NCBI RefSeq assembly: GCF_006345805.1
Contig: NC_043006.1
Location: 9,362,001 to 9,426,000, forward strand
Origin: Octopus sinensis
Lineage: Eukaryota
Reading direction: 5' to 3'
DNA: 64,000 bases
In this document: positions 53,640 through 64,000 of the stretch, one piece after another
How the letters are laid out: each line of letters opens with the position of its first letter
Position numbering within the stretch: position 1 is the first letter of the stretch
Translations under genes and position numbers: made by a program
Notes under the pieces: generated by a model
Database searches by the model: none
Told to the model about the DNA's origin: nothing
What the model saw: only the letters and a program-made list of their open reading frames with translations

Positions 53640-54851
53640 AGCATGGAATTTCCTTGTGCAGATTATTGCTTGATATCAAAGGGAACTACTGAAATATTTT
53701 CAAGTCATTGTGTACTCCTTATTTGTGATATGTCATTTGAAATGGTATTGCGTTGATTTTCTCAGGAATATTATTTTTCAAATTCTCAAGAGTTCGAGGA
53801 ATATGTCGGATAAGTTTTTCCTTTAGGTATCCCCAAAGGAAAAATGTCTCAATAGCTTAAATCTGGTGACCTTGCCATTCCACGTCCCCACAAAAGAAAT
53901 CAAATGCCCAGGAAAGATCTCCGTCAGTACTCCAAGTAAACGTCATGCTATGGGAGCCGTGGCTCCATCCTGTTGAAACCATAGATGTTTGGTAGGGGGC
54001 AGAAAGTTCTCCAACCTTTCACTGTATTGGCCACAGTTAACCGTTACTGTTTCGTCACCTACTTCAAAATATACGGGCGGATGACTCCAAAATTGGCAAC
54101 AGCACAGTAAGCAGTTACACAAGGAGAATGCAGTGGTCTTTCGTGGAGTTTATGGAGAAATCTTCAGCTCAGTAGCGAACATTCTGCTTGTTTACCGATC
54201 CATTGAATTGGAAGTGAGCCTTATAGTTAGTCAGAAGAACAGCTGCAACAGAAACTTGGGCAAGAGTATCCGAACATAAGGCTTTACGATTATTATGATA
54301 TATTTCAGTAAATTCTTGAACTAAGATCATTTTCTAAGGATGCATTTTCAAATCTACCTGCAGAAACAGTTTCAAATTTTAGATAGATATGCCTAATGCT
54401 ATGCTATGCTTAGGAGCAGATCGCATTTGGCGATTGCTGAACAGATACTGTCACTGATACCATATTTCCAGGTCTGCCATATTTTCTTTTCATTTGAGAT
54501 CCAGGTGAATGAAGGTTAGAAGTCCAGGTAAGGTAGATTTCCGGTCTGGTACAGATGCGTTTCGACCGGGCGCAAAATGTCTACGGAACGCTCACTGCGT
54601 AGCTATTAGAGTAACAAAGCCATGATGTTCACAGGTCCAATTCCTGATGACTTCTAAAAATAAAAATAATTTTTTTGAGTAATAGATCACGATTATAAAA
54701 ATAATAGAACCTGAAACACGAAAAGACGTTTTAATGAAGAATAGGACAATGGTAGATAGTCTTCCACATGAAACCGATTCCCTCTCTCTACTTTTAGTTA
54801 AATCTACGCGTTGCCTCTTCCAAATGTAGGAGATATTTATGCACCACTCTG
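53640..54851 (-). mobile_element. Decayed Tc1/mariner-superfamily element, probably rosa/DD41D type
   Basis: Minus strand WFQQDGATAP...FPGHLISF...ARSPDLS...FLWGYLKEK...PRTLENLK; TIR-like end TA-CAGAGTGGTGCATAAAT at 54851; left boundary uncertain. Confidence 0.75.
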
Positions 54852-55377
54852 TATATGCACACACACAAACACACATATAAATACATATATGCATATGTGT
54901 GTATGTGTGTATGTTTGGGTTCGTGTCTTTGTGTCTGTGTGAGTACGAATTTGTATATGTAACGTTATCATTTATATATATACATATACACGTTGAAGAT
55001 GTGTTCATGTATATGGAAGTATGTGCACACACGAACACAGTGACTCACCTGCACACGCAGAAATTCACACACACACGAACAGAGACACAGACAAACACAC
55101 ACATACACATCTTAGTGCTTGTTTGGGCTTGTGTGACTTCAAGCAGCATTTTAGTGTGTACAAAAAGCATGATTTGAGCGAAAGAGGCAAGCATTTAAGT
55201 CAAGATTTTTTTTTTAAATTCAAAACTTTTTAATCCTTTCATGACGTTGTTCGAAACATTAAAACATACTACTACTACTACTACTACAAGAGAATACGCA
55301 GTTAGATTTCGCTCTTGGGGAGTGAGAGACATGGACAACAGTAACTAACGTGTTTCTCTGCAACTGTTACCTTTCAG

Positions 55378-55452
55378 ATGCCGAAACCTAAGTATATTCA
55401 AATTAATTTCCTGGGTGACAAACGTCGATCGTTTCTTGGAGAGGAGAAAAAG
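55378..55452 (+). other. Candidate 75-nt spliced exon of an unknown transcript
   Basis: Branch point ACTAAC (55344-55349), pyrimidine tract, CTTTCAG| acceptor, AAG|GTACTT donor; open as MPKPKYIQINFLGDKRRSFLGEEKK. Confidence 0.4.
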
Positions 55453-56040
55453 GTACTTGCATAAAATATTGTATATTCACTTTATTGGATGTAGCTGAAT
55501 GTTTGAGACCAGTAGAAATATTTATGTTAAGATACTTCAACTGGGATATCTGCTGGTGTTAGGATGTAGAATAGGACATTGTCAAGAATCAGTGTGCAAT
55601 TTCCCTTCACGAGGAATCAGTAAGCAGAGCAGGAATTTCGTAGATGACAACCAATGCAATATGTGTGGGGCGCAATCATATTCTTTGTTTTCCGAGCGTG
55701 GTGTTACTCAGATGCACAATCGTTTGAATCATAACAGAAGTTTACCTTCCTATAGATGTTATAGACACTGTTATTTGTCTCTTCATCTGAAACCGAAGAC
55801 TTAAGATGTTTTTTTTCATATATTTACCAAGCTGTAGGGAATTTAACATTTTGATTTACGAGTATGTGTTTCAATAATTGACAGAATTTACACCTATTTT
55901 ATATTACAATAAACACTCAGATAATTATAAACATTTGTTGTCTAGCAAATAAATTGAAATTACTGCATATACTTATTGGTGTCGCATTGCACCTTATATT
56001 TCTTTTTCACACCCTCCCTTATTCTGTCTCTCTAACGTAG

Positions 56041-56081
56041 TCGATAGCGGTTTACGTTCCATTTCCTACATATGAATTCAG
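56041..56081 (+). other. Candidate 41-nt spliced exon
   Basis: Long pyrimidine tract ending TAG|, donor CAG|GTATGT; stays in frame with the 75-nt candidate (SIAVYVPFPTYEF). Confidence 0.35.
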
Positions 56082-56185
56082 GTATGTGTGGTGGTATAAA
56101 ATAATGTTTATCTGTATATATGAATTCATAATTCATGCATATGTACACACACACACACACACACACAAATATATATATATCTATA

Positions 56186-56385
56186 CTAGCAGAGATAACC
56201 GGCGTTGCCCGGTTACATTAAATTGAAGAATTAGACATTTCTGTTATATTTTCTGTAATGAACTGGAATATCTGTTTTGAATTTCATCAAAATTGCAGAT
56301 GAGGGTTATTTCCCTCTTTACACACCCTACAAAAATTGTAATCGTGCCACATGTATCCCATACTACTGATTTTTATGCGCATATT
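56186..56385 (-). mobile_element. Helitron 3' portion
   Basis: A|CTAG at 56186 and hairpin AACCGG-CGTTGC-CCGGTT (56197-56214); the other boundary is uncertain. Confidence 0.6.
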
Positions 56386-56879
56386 CCAAAATTCCAGAGT
56401 TCACGCAGCTCTAGAATGTGATAGTTAAGGCCCCTGTAGGAGGTAGGCATCTTAATGTCAACCAGAGAAGTTGAATTGTTGAGGATCTTTTTTACTTGGG
56501 TCTTATATCTATTGTTTGAATTTCTTTGAAATAGGAAATATATGTTCACTGGGTTTGTAAAAGAGAGCAAAGCTACAGGAAACCAAAAAAAACGAATGAT
56601 CAGAATAAGCAGTCAGCTACAGTACCCTAGACGTTACCACTCCCAATGTAGTATTCTTCACCATGCAGGTGACAGGCACAGCCGTAAGATACATTACGAG
56701 TCTATAGCAATTGGAAGGGCGCGACCCAACTGAAATAAACATTAACAACTGTGTGACGTGAGGGCTAAGGACAAATGAAATTTGGAGTGTGTGTGTGTGG
56801 GGGGGCATTAATTGCTGGCAAGATGCCGAAAAGTGTAACTTCGTCTGGCGAAGAGTCGTCAACCAATAGGGAGGCAAAA

Positions 56880-58090
56880 AACATTGGAAGTTAAATATTT
56901 AGCGATAGTTCGCATTCTTCTGAAAATGAATTTCCCCAATATGTACTTTTGAAAAGAGGAATATTGATGTGAAAAGCCTTCAAACAGAAGAAATTAAACA
57001 AAAAAGAATTTTTGCGTCAGCGATTGGAGGTGGAACCCGCCAACTGTCGACAAACAAAAATGACCTGATAAAGTACAAAGATATGATAACAATTGAAGAC
57101 GGTGTTGTGAAAGTTCAATCCTCGGAAGAACTATTAATGTTAGAAAAAAGAAAAACAATTTTAAATCTTACTGTCTAAAAGGAAAAAAAATTGATGTGGT
57201 GAGCGAAGAGAGAAGTGCTTGAAACCCATCTGGCAGGATATCACATACCTAGCCAGAGGGAAGAAGTTTGGTACTATCGAAGTACGACTAAAAGATATAG
57301 AAACTGCACAAATGCACTCAGTTAAATCTTTACAAACGGAGGACGTTGTTTTAATTCCAATATACATGGAAATGAAGACGTCAAAGATACGTACACCTAG
57401 GGTCTCACCTCAAGTCAACCCTATGTGATTGATGGAGGCAGTCCTGGCGAAAAAGAAGCTAATATAACACTCCTTCAGGCTACCATCACAGAAAAGGCTT
57501 ATTGGACCGATCAAACTGTTCACCTCCTAATACAAGCAGAACCGTCAATTTTAGAACAGTTACAGGAGAAAATAGAAATTGGGGAAGGATTCCTTAACGT
57601 ATTCGTCGAGGGCCGTAAGCCCCGATGTTTCCAGTGAGGCCAGCTGGGCCATATAAAAAAAACACTGTAGAGACGGTGAGAAAGAATCCGATGAGGAGGT
57701 GGAGGAGGAGGGGAGAGAGAGAAACAGAAGAAAAGAAAGCAACTAATAGTAAGAGAAAAATGGAAAGCTCAAATCACGAAAAACAGGTCGAATTAAGACA
57801 AAAAAAAAACTGCGAAAAGAGACAAACCAAAAATGAAGATTTAATGAGAGAAATAAAAGCGAAAAGATCAGCCACGAGGATTGCAGAACTTTCTGATAAA
57901 TATAAGAACTACGAGTTCAACGAAATGGATAAAAAGACTCATAATATATTACTTAACGCGTATAGAAAGCCGGTGTCGATGATGAGATTGGATTTTAATC
58001 AATCCATTTTCAAGACTTGCCACCTCCGACCCTGTGTGAAGAAAAGGTGGAGAGTCCCTCTTCAGAGTACAACCCAGATTAAATATGTAA
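56880..58090 (+). pseudogene. L1/Tx1-like ORF1 (RRM-like region plus CCHC zinc knuckle), frameshifted, no ORF2
   Basis: NVFVEGRKPRCFQ*GQLGHIKK..C is a CX2CX4HX4C knuckle with one Cys mutated to stop, preceded by a V.VEG..P motif typical of this ORF1 class; basic/acidic tail follows. Confidence 0.7.
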
Positions 58091-58160
58091 ATAATGTCTA
58101 TTCACATTGGTTGTGTAAATGGTCATGGCCTGATGTCTAGCTGGAAGTAAGGGTTTCCTC

Positions 58161-58533
58161 TGGTCGCCATAGCGTCGACTGTGGGTCGGTGTCTGTGTAC
58201 AGTCACCTTTACGTCGTCCACAGCGAGCTGTAGTCGTCGTAGCGTCGACTGTGGGTCGGTGCCTGTGTACAAACGCCTCTACGTCGTCCAGAGCAAGCTC
58301 TGGTCGCCGTAGCGTCGACTGTGGGTCGGTGCCTGTGTACAGTCACCTTTACGTCGTCCACAGCGAGTTGTAGTCGTCGTAGCGTCGACTGTGGGTCGGT
58401 GCCTGTGTACAGTCACCTTTACGTCGTCCACAGCGAGCTGTAGTCGTCGTAGCGTCGACTGTGGGTCGGTGCCTGTGTACAGTCGCCTCTACGTCGTCCA
58501 CAGCGAGCTGTGGTCGCCGTAGCGTCGACTGTG
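58161..58533. repeat. 70-bp GC/CpG-rich minisatellite, ~5.3 units
   Basis: Units start at 58161, 58231, 58301, 58371, 58441 and 58511; consensus TRGTCGYCGTAGCGTCGACTGTGGGTCGGTGCCTGTGTACAGTCACCTTTACGTCGTCCACAGCGAGCTG. Confidence 0.97.
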
Positions 58534-59104
58534 TACTAAATATCTAATCGATTCATCCTTTGCTCTGTTTCAGGTGCCTTCTGAGGCCGTGTGACGGAGG
58601 CACATGTTGGCATATCATCAAGTATATACGTGTTCTGTTAAGATGTCTGCTGATCTTACTGCTTATGTTTTGTTAGAGACTTTTTTTCAACGTGTATACT
58701 GGCAACCGAAACTGTTTGCCATTCCTGTTTACTCACTGGAAAATGAAGTCAATTGAACTGAGGTTAGATTTTATCACCTGAGGCTGTGTTTCGGAGATTC
58801 TTGTGTGCTAATCTTGAAATCGATTCATCCTATGCTCTGATTCAGGTGTCTCCCGACACTGTGCAGCGGAGGCTTGTGTTCACATATCATCAGAAGTATT
58901 CCTGTTCTGTGAGGGTGTCTCCTGAGCTCGCTGCTAATATTTTGCTATAAACCTTTGCCCATGTCGCCTAAATGGAATTACATACATGCAGACATAAACA
59001 CTGACACCCATAAACATATATACACAACATATATATACCAACACACACCGTCAGTGTCAGAGATATACATAAACAGAGAAAATGATAGAGGGAATGATAA
59101 TATA

Positions 59105-59319
59105 CGAAGGGTGTTGAAAAGTTCCTGGTTTTGGGTAAACGAAAATACGGGAGGATAGGTTGATTATGATTTTATTCAACATAAATTCCTTTCAGATATA
59201 CACGCATTGCAGCTGGCCTTCAGGTCTACTAAGCCTTGTAAATGCACTCTGAATTTTGGGCCTCCAACCAGGCGGCCTTCTTGATACTTCTAGACCTAAG
59301 AACTTTTCAGCACTCCTCA
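59105..59319. mobile_element. mariner-type MITE
   Basis: TA-CGAAGGGTGTTGAAAAGTTC ... GAACTTTTCAGCACTCCTCA-TA imperfect TIRs. Confidence 0.75.
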
Positions 59320-60081
59320 TATAAATGTGAAAGAAGTATGACACCAGCGAGAGACTGCGACAGAAGATTAGAATTACAAGAATTTATAGGACTTCTTCAT
59401 GAAATCTAAACGTACAGTGACGCAAGAAGACCAGGTATGTTTATAGAGAAGGCAAAAAACATACACAATGCAACAGAGTTTGCAATACCACATGATAACA
59501 GATGGGATACCAAAGAAAGAAGAAATAGAAGAAGAAGAAAAAGAAAGAAGACGGGGAGGAGGAGAATGTATTCCATCATTTCACGAGCAGACAATTTGGG
59601 CCAAGAGTTAGAGTAATTAAATAAGGCTGGTCCTGTGTTTATTAGAAAAATCATTTTGCCCAATCTTTTAGGATGAAAAATATTACGCTCTTGACTAGCA
59701 TTAGTAAAACTATATATAGAATGAGCTAAGTATCTATTTACGTCCTCCACACGCAATAAACTGTATTCTCAGATGGAAACAGCTGCCAAGCAGGTCGGAG
59801 GCATGAAATTAAAAGGAAAAAAAAAAAAAAACAGTGTATTTCTGTAATGCATTGCGTTGAGCTACACGATCTAATAGTAAATTAAGTCTGTTTTATTTTG
59901 GGTGAAATTTTAAATTCCTGCGCCTGTGCACCACCAACGAATATTTCCCAGATATAGACGATGTGATGAAAGGAAAGATGAGGACGAGATAATACATGAT
60001 AACTATTGAGGATTTCCAATCAAACACACCCCCAAGCACACGCGCACACATGTAAAATATAACACACACACACACACACAT

Positions 60082-60129
<48 letters not shown>

Positions 60130-60133
<4 letters not shown>

Positions 60134-60243
60134 AAACTTTTAATACTTTTGATATATATTTAAAATAATATAAATTAATTAATTTTATGTATTGGCTTAA
60201 GTTTTTCATTGTTTGATTTGCCTAATACTGGTTTTATCTCTAA

Positions 60244-60250
<7 letters not shown>
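60130..60250 (+). mobile_element. Short copy of the 34.8-36.5 kb element arm, in (TA)n
   Basis: ATTAAACTTTTAATACTTT...TGTTTGATTTGCCTAATA.TGGTTTTATCTCTAATTTAATA matches 36158-36457 with deletions. Confidence 0.8.
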
Positions 60251-60289
<39 letters not shown>

Positions 60290-60420
60290 GCTTAAATATA
60301 TATATATAAAACAAATATATAGCATATATATATATAGCAATGTAGCATATACAAGTCTGTATATTTATATATAGGTATATATATCGAAAGCTATGCATAC
60401 ACACACACACACACACACAC

Positions 60421-60466
<46 letters not shown>

Positions 60467-60760
60467 CATGCATACATAGATACATACACTGATATGCATA
60501 TTGACGATAGAATAATGGTAAAGGAATTTAAAGTAGATGTTTCCAATAAGTATTCGCGATCAGCTTATCAGATGAACCAAAAGAGATGGATTTCGATCAT
60601 TTCATTAGATGAATCGCGTCTATAAAAGATTACTCAAACGTGTGTAATGAATTTTTCAAAAGTGTTATCTCATATTCTACCTTCTTTAAGCTGGCGCGCT
60701 AATAAACATACGCACACAGCCTAATACACAAACACACACACACACATATATATATATATA

Positions 60761-60803
<43 letters not shown>

Positions 60804-61320
60804 ATATATATATATGTGTGTATATATATATGTATATATATATATATGTATGTTAGTGCTTGTATGGGTCAAGACATAACTCAACCGATGGCAAAGTGAT
60901 ACGTGTTAAGTAATATGTGATAGATGGTTAATCTGACCCAGAAGAAGCGGATGTAATTTTTCAATGATTAATTCCAGAGGAAGCTACGAAGAAGGATATA
61001 AATTTAATTAGGTATGCACAATTTTAACATATATATATATATAATTATTTTAATTAAAACTACTTCTTTCATTAAATTCAAATAAATGAGAAAAATAAGG
61101 AAAATTAAATATTTCAGTTGCGTATATCCGTTTTTAGTTTGTATTTGCAAGTGTATTTTTGTGAGTATGTTTGTGTGTGTGTGTGTGTGCGTTCGTGTGC
61201 CAGTGTGTTTCAGCTAATATATCAGATATGATGTGCTATTTTAGGTTTTACATGCTTTCTTAAAATGTGTGACCCCTATAGTTTAAGCACTCATACCATA
61301 AAAAAATATTGCTATGTATA

Positions 61321-61365
<45 letters not shown>

Positions 61366-61371
61366 ATATAT

Positions 61372-61510
61372 ATTGTTAAAAATGGCAAGGCAACAAAAGA
61401 ATAAAAGAGACCGCAATATTATGTAAATAGAGGAATTATCTATAAACTGGCGGCGTGGATTTCTACTAGGAGTTTTATTATGGCCACCGAATAATTGTCA
61501 CATATTACAT
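61372..61510 (-). mobile_element. Fragment of the 28.3 kb element family, in (TA)n
   Basis: AACAAAAGAA.AAAAGAGACC.CAA.ATTATGTAAATAGAGGAA shared with 28261-28335. Confidence 0.7.
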
Positions 61511-61544
61511 TACGCACACACACACACACATACATACATACATG

Positions 61545-61593
<49 letters not shown>

Positions 61594-61847
61594 GTAAAAG
61601 TTTATATTGCTACATATATCTTTAAAAGCTTATACATAGTCTGACATCTACCAATGTGTTCAGTATGAGATTCCATTACGGTAATATTCCAAATGTTCCA
61701 GACAGTGCCCGAGCTTTCTAAAAAGAGCCACATAGTACAAGGACTAAGTGCACGCAGTAAAATATAATACACTAAATCTTTAAAATGAACTTTTCGGAGC
61801 AAGTTTTGAAAGGATGTGATATGATTGAAATTAATCTAAACAGGCGT

Positions 61848-62090
61848 GGAGGCGCCTGGATTAGTGTCAGCATCATGATCGTAAGATTGTGGTTTCGATT
61901 CCTGGACCGGGTGACGTGTTGTGTTCTTGGGCAAAACACTTCATTTCACTTTGCTCCTAACCATTCAGCTGGTAAAAATGAGTAATGCTGCGATGGACTG
62001 TCGTTCCGTCCCGCTGGGGAACACATACGCCATTGAAACCGGGAAACCGGGCCCATGAGTCTGGCTAGGCTTTAAAAGGCCGCATTTATT
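61848..62090 (+). mobile_element. SINE family C
   Basis: GGTTTCGATTCCTGGACCGGGTGACGTGTTGTGTTCTTGGGCAAAACACTT; tail shared with 1545-1840. Confidence 0.75.
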
Positions 62091-63173
62091 ATTATTTTCC
62101 TAAATAGGCAGTGTGATGACATAGTAGTAGGTTTTATCTTCTGTGAGCGGACGAGGTGATTTCAATGTTTACAGTTATTGCATCATTGAACATTACGCTA
62201 CACACAGCTCAAAATATCGAACACATGTGTTAGTGTTTAAATTGCGGCTACTGGAAAAAAAAAACAATGAATGAACTTTAGTATTGCATTACCAGAAAAT
62301 CGATAATATAGGTAATATTCATGAGGAAGACAGCTATTTTAGTGGAATTACTGTAGCCTTCCCTGGTGACTGGCACCAAATAAAACGATTTTCTTAGAAA
62401 TGGTAGCAGTACAGAGGCAATTAATGAATGGTTTATGAATTCTCTTGTTGGAAGAATTTCAGGTCGTGCTATTTAACAGAAATGTTTCGAATGGCAGAGA
62501 GTATGCTCGAAAAAATTCCATTTAAGAGAAACTTCGGTGAGGAACATTATTGAATTAGTGTTAGGAGTCGAAGAAATTCTATTCAGATAAACTCAATCGC
62601 AAAACAGAATTTAAGATAATCTTATACATCATTTTACTACTTCGTTTTTCCTAGGACATCAGGAAAACTGTAAATATAAGTTCTGCAAGAAAATATTATG
62701 ATGACTTTGGTCGTGGATGAATGTATGGCGAGGGGGCTTAAAATCTCATCGAACTATTGTAGAAAGACGGCCAGTAGTTGCTTTCTTCGTCTCCTGATTT
62801 ACAAAATATTTTTAATAATTCAATCTCCTCATCCTGCTTCTCATTCTTCTCACGTAAATAATTTTTCATTTTGAAAGAGTTGCTATGAACTTAGCAAATT
62901 CGATTAGATCTTAGAAGATCTTAAATAGATTTCCAAACTACAGATTCCAAATGTTATTCCTAACAATTATTCTCTTGCGTCCTGCTTATCCAACCAATTT
63001 ATTCGATTTGAGTTGAGTGTTTATGTAATTCAAAACAAAAATAAAATAAGTTGGTAATTGACCCACTCGTTTGAAAATTTAAATAGATATACATCTGTTT
63101 AGGGCAAGAACTGACGTCTATAAAATATCGGGACCTGATGTTTACACAGAAAAGTGGTATTTATAGTTCAAAG

Positions 63174-63410
63174 GGCGGCGAGCTGGCAGAAACGTTAGCA
63201 CGCCGGGCGAAATGCGTAGCCGTATTTCGTCTGCCGTTACGTTCTGAGTTCAAATTCCGCCGAGATCGACTTTGCCTTTCATCCTTTCGGGGTCGATTAA
63301 ATAAGTACCAGTTATGCACTGGGGTCGATATAATCAATTTAATCCGTTTGTCTGTCCTTGGTTGTCCTCTCTGTGTTTAGCCCCTTGTTGGTAGTAAAGA
63401 AATAGGTATT
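63174..63410 (+). mobile_element. SINE family B, well preserved
   Basis: GGCGGCGAGCTGGCAGAAACGTTAGC...GAGTTCAAATTCC (B-box-like)...GTAGTAAAGAAATAGGTAT. Confidence 0.85.
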
Positions 63411-64000
63411 TAAAGTTCAAAATATAAGCAAATTTCCAGAAAATTTTTAACTGCAAAATTATTATTACCTTCTCCGTTACTAAGATAGGTGATGTGAACG
63501 TTTCACCGTGCTTTATTATCCTCAGCTCAAGGAGACATTACTACGTTTTAGCTTCTTTATTATCGTGCTGGTTGTCAAATGTACGACGCCAATTAGGGGA
63601 CTAAGTTTTGATGCATTAGTCTTCAATGAGATCAAAATCTCATCGACACACGCATTCGTTTGGCAGGGATCAAGGATAGCAGTAGAAATGTTTCACCAGT
63701 GTCTTAATTTCGATTTATGCCCGTTTCACTTCAAACAAGGTTCAGAGACAAACCGCCAAATTGCTAACCTTAGCAGTGAATGCTTTACTTTCATTTTAAA
63801 GGCTAAGTAGGACGTAGTGGTTTGGTGTTCACTTACAACATCTAAATGCATTCTTGATAGTGTACTTGTTGGCTTATGTTGAGAGCGTAAGTGTTTTTCC
63901 GCGGAGACCTAAGTCTATGAGCATAATTTGGTGCAAGGCACCTTGACCAGGACCATACACTAGGTGTTAGTCTCAGCTGCTGTATTGCCAAACACTTCAC

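Noticed and set aside
58161-58533. CRISPR-like regular array (also 52559-52744)
   Set aside because: Units are contiguous with no unique spacers, there are no cas genes, and the context is eukaryotic.

Overview
This is AT-rich eukaryotic (animal) DNA with no recognisable host protein-coding gene. Most ORFs in the supplied track are translations of (TA)n, (CA)n or (TAA)n microsatellites. The tRNA-derived SINE families, R4/Dong and RTE tails and extreme microsatellite load resemble a coleoid cephalopod (Octopus) genome; this is inferred from repeat recognition, not from a search. Content: at least three SINE families, non-autonomous Helitrons, Tc1/mariner relics, R4/Dong LINE ends in (TAA)n tracts, L1/Tx1-like ORF1-only relics, a U6 snRNA retrocopy abutting a SINE, a 70-bp hairpin minisatellite and two candidate spliced exons. 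The main signal is a set of unrelated short elements inserted into (TA)n tracts. Five are long inverted repeats with a one-sided tail, and most of the elements carry minimal hammerhead-ribozyme (HHR) motifs with a palindromic stem III, as in Penelope-like element (PLE) termini. One is a perfect 284-bp palindrome whose HHR has the compensatory G3:C8 core swap (GUGAACA). All folds and alignments were made by eye and no activity is demonstrated.
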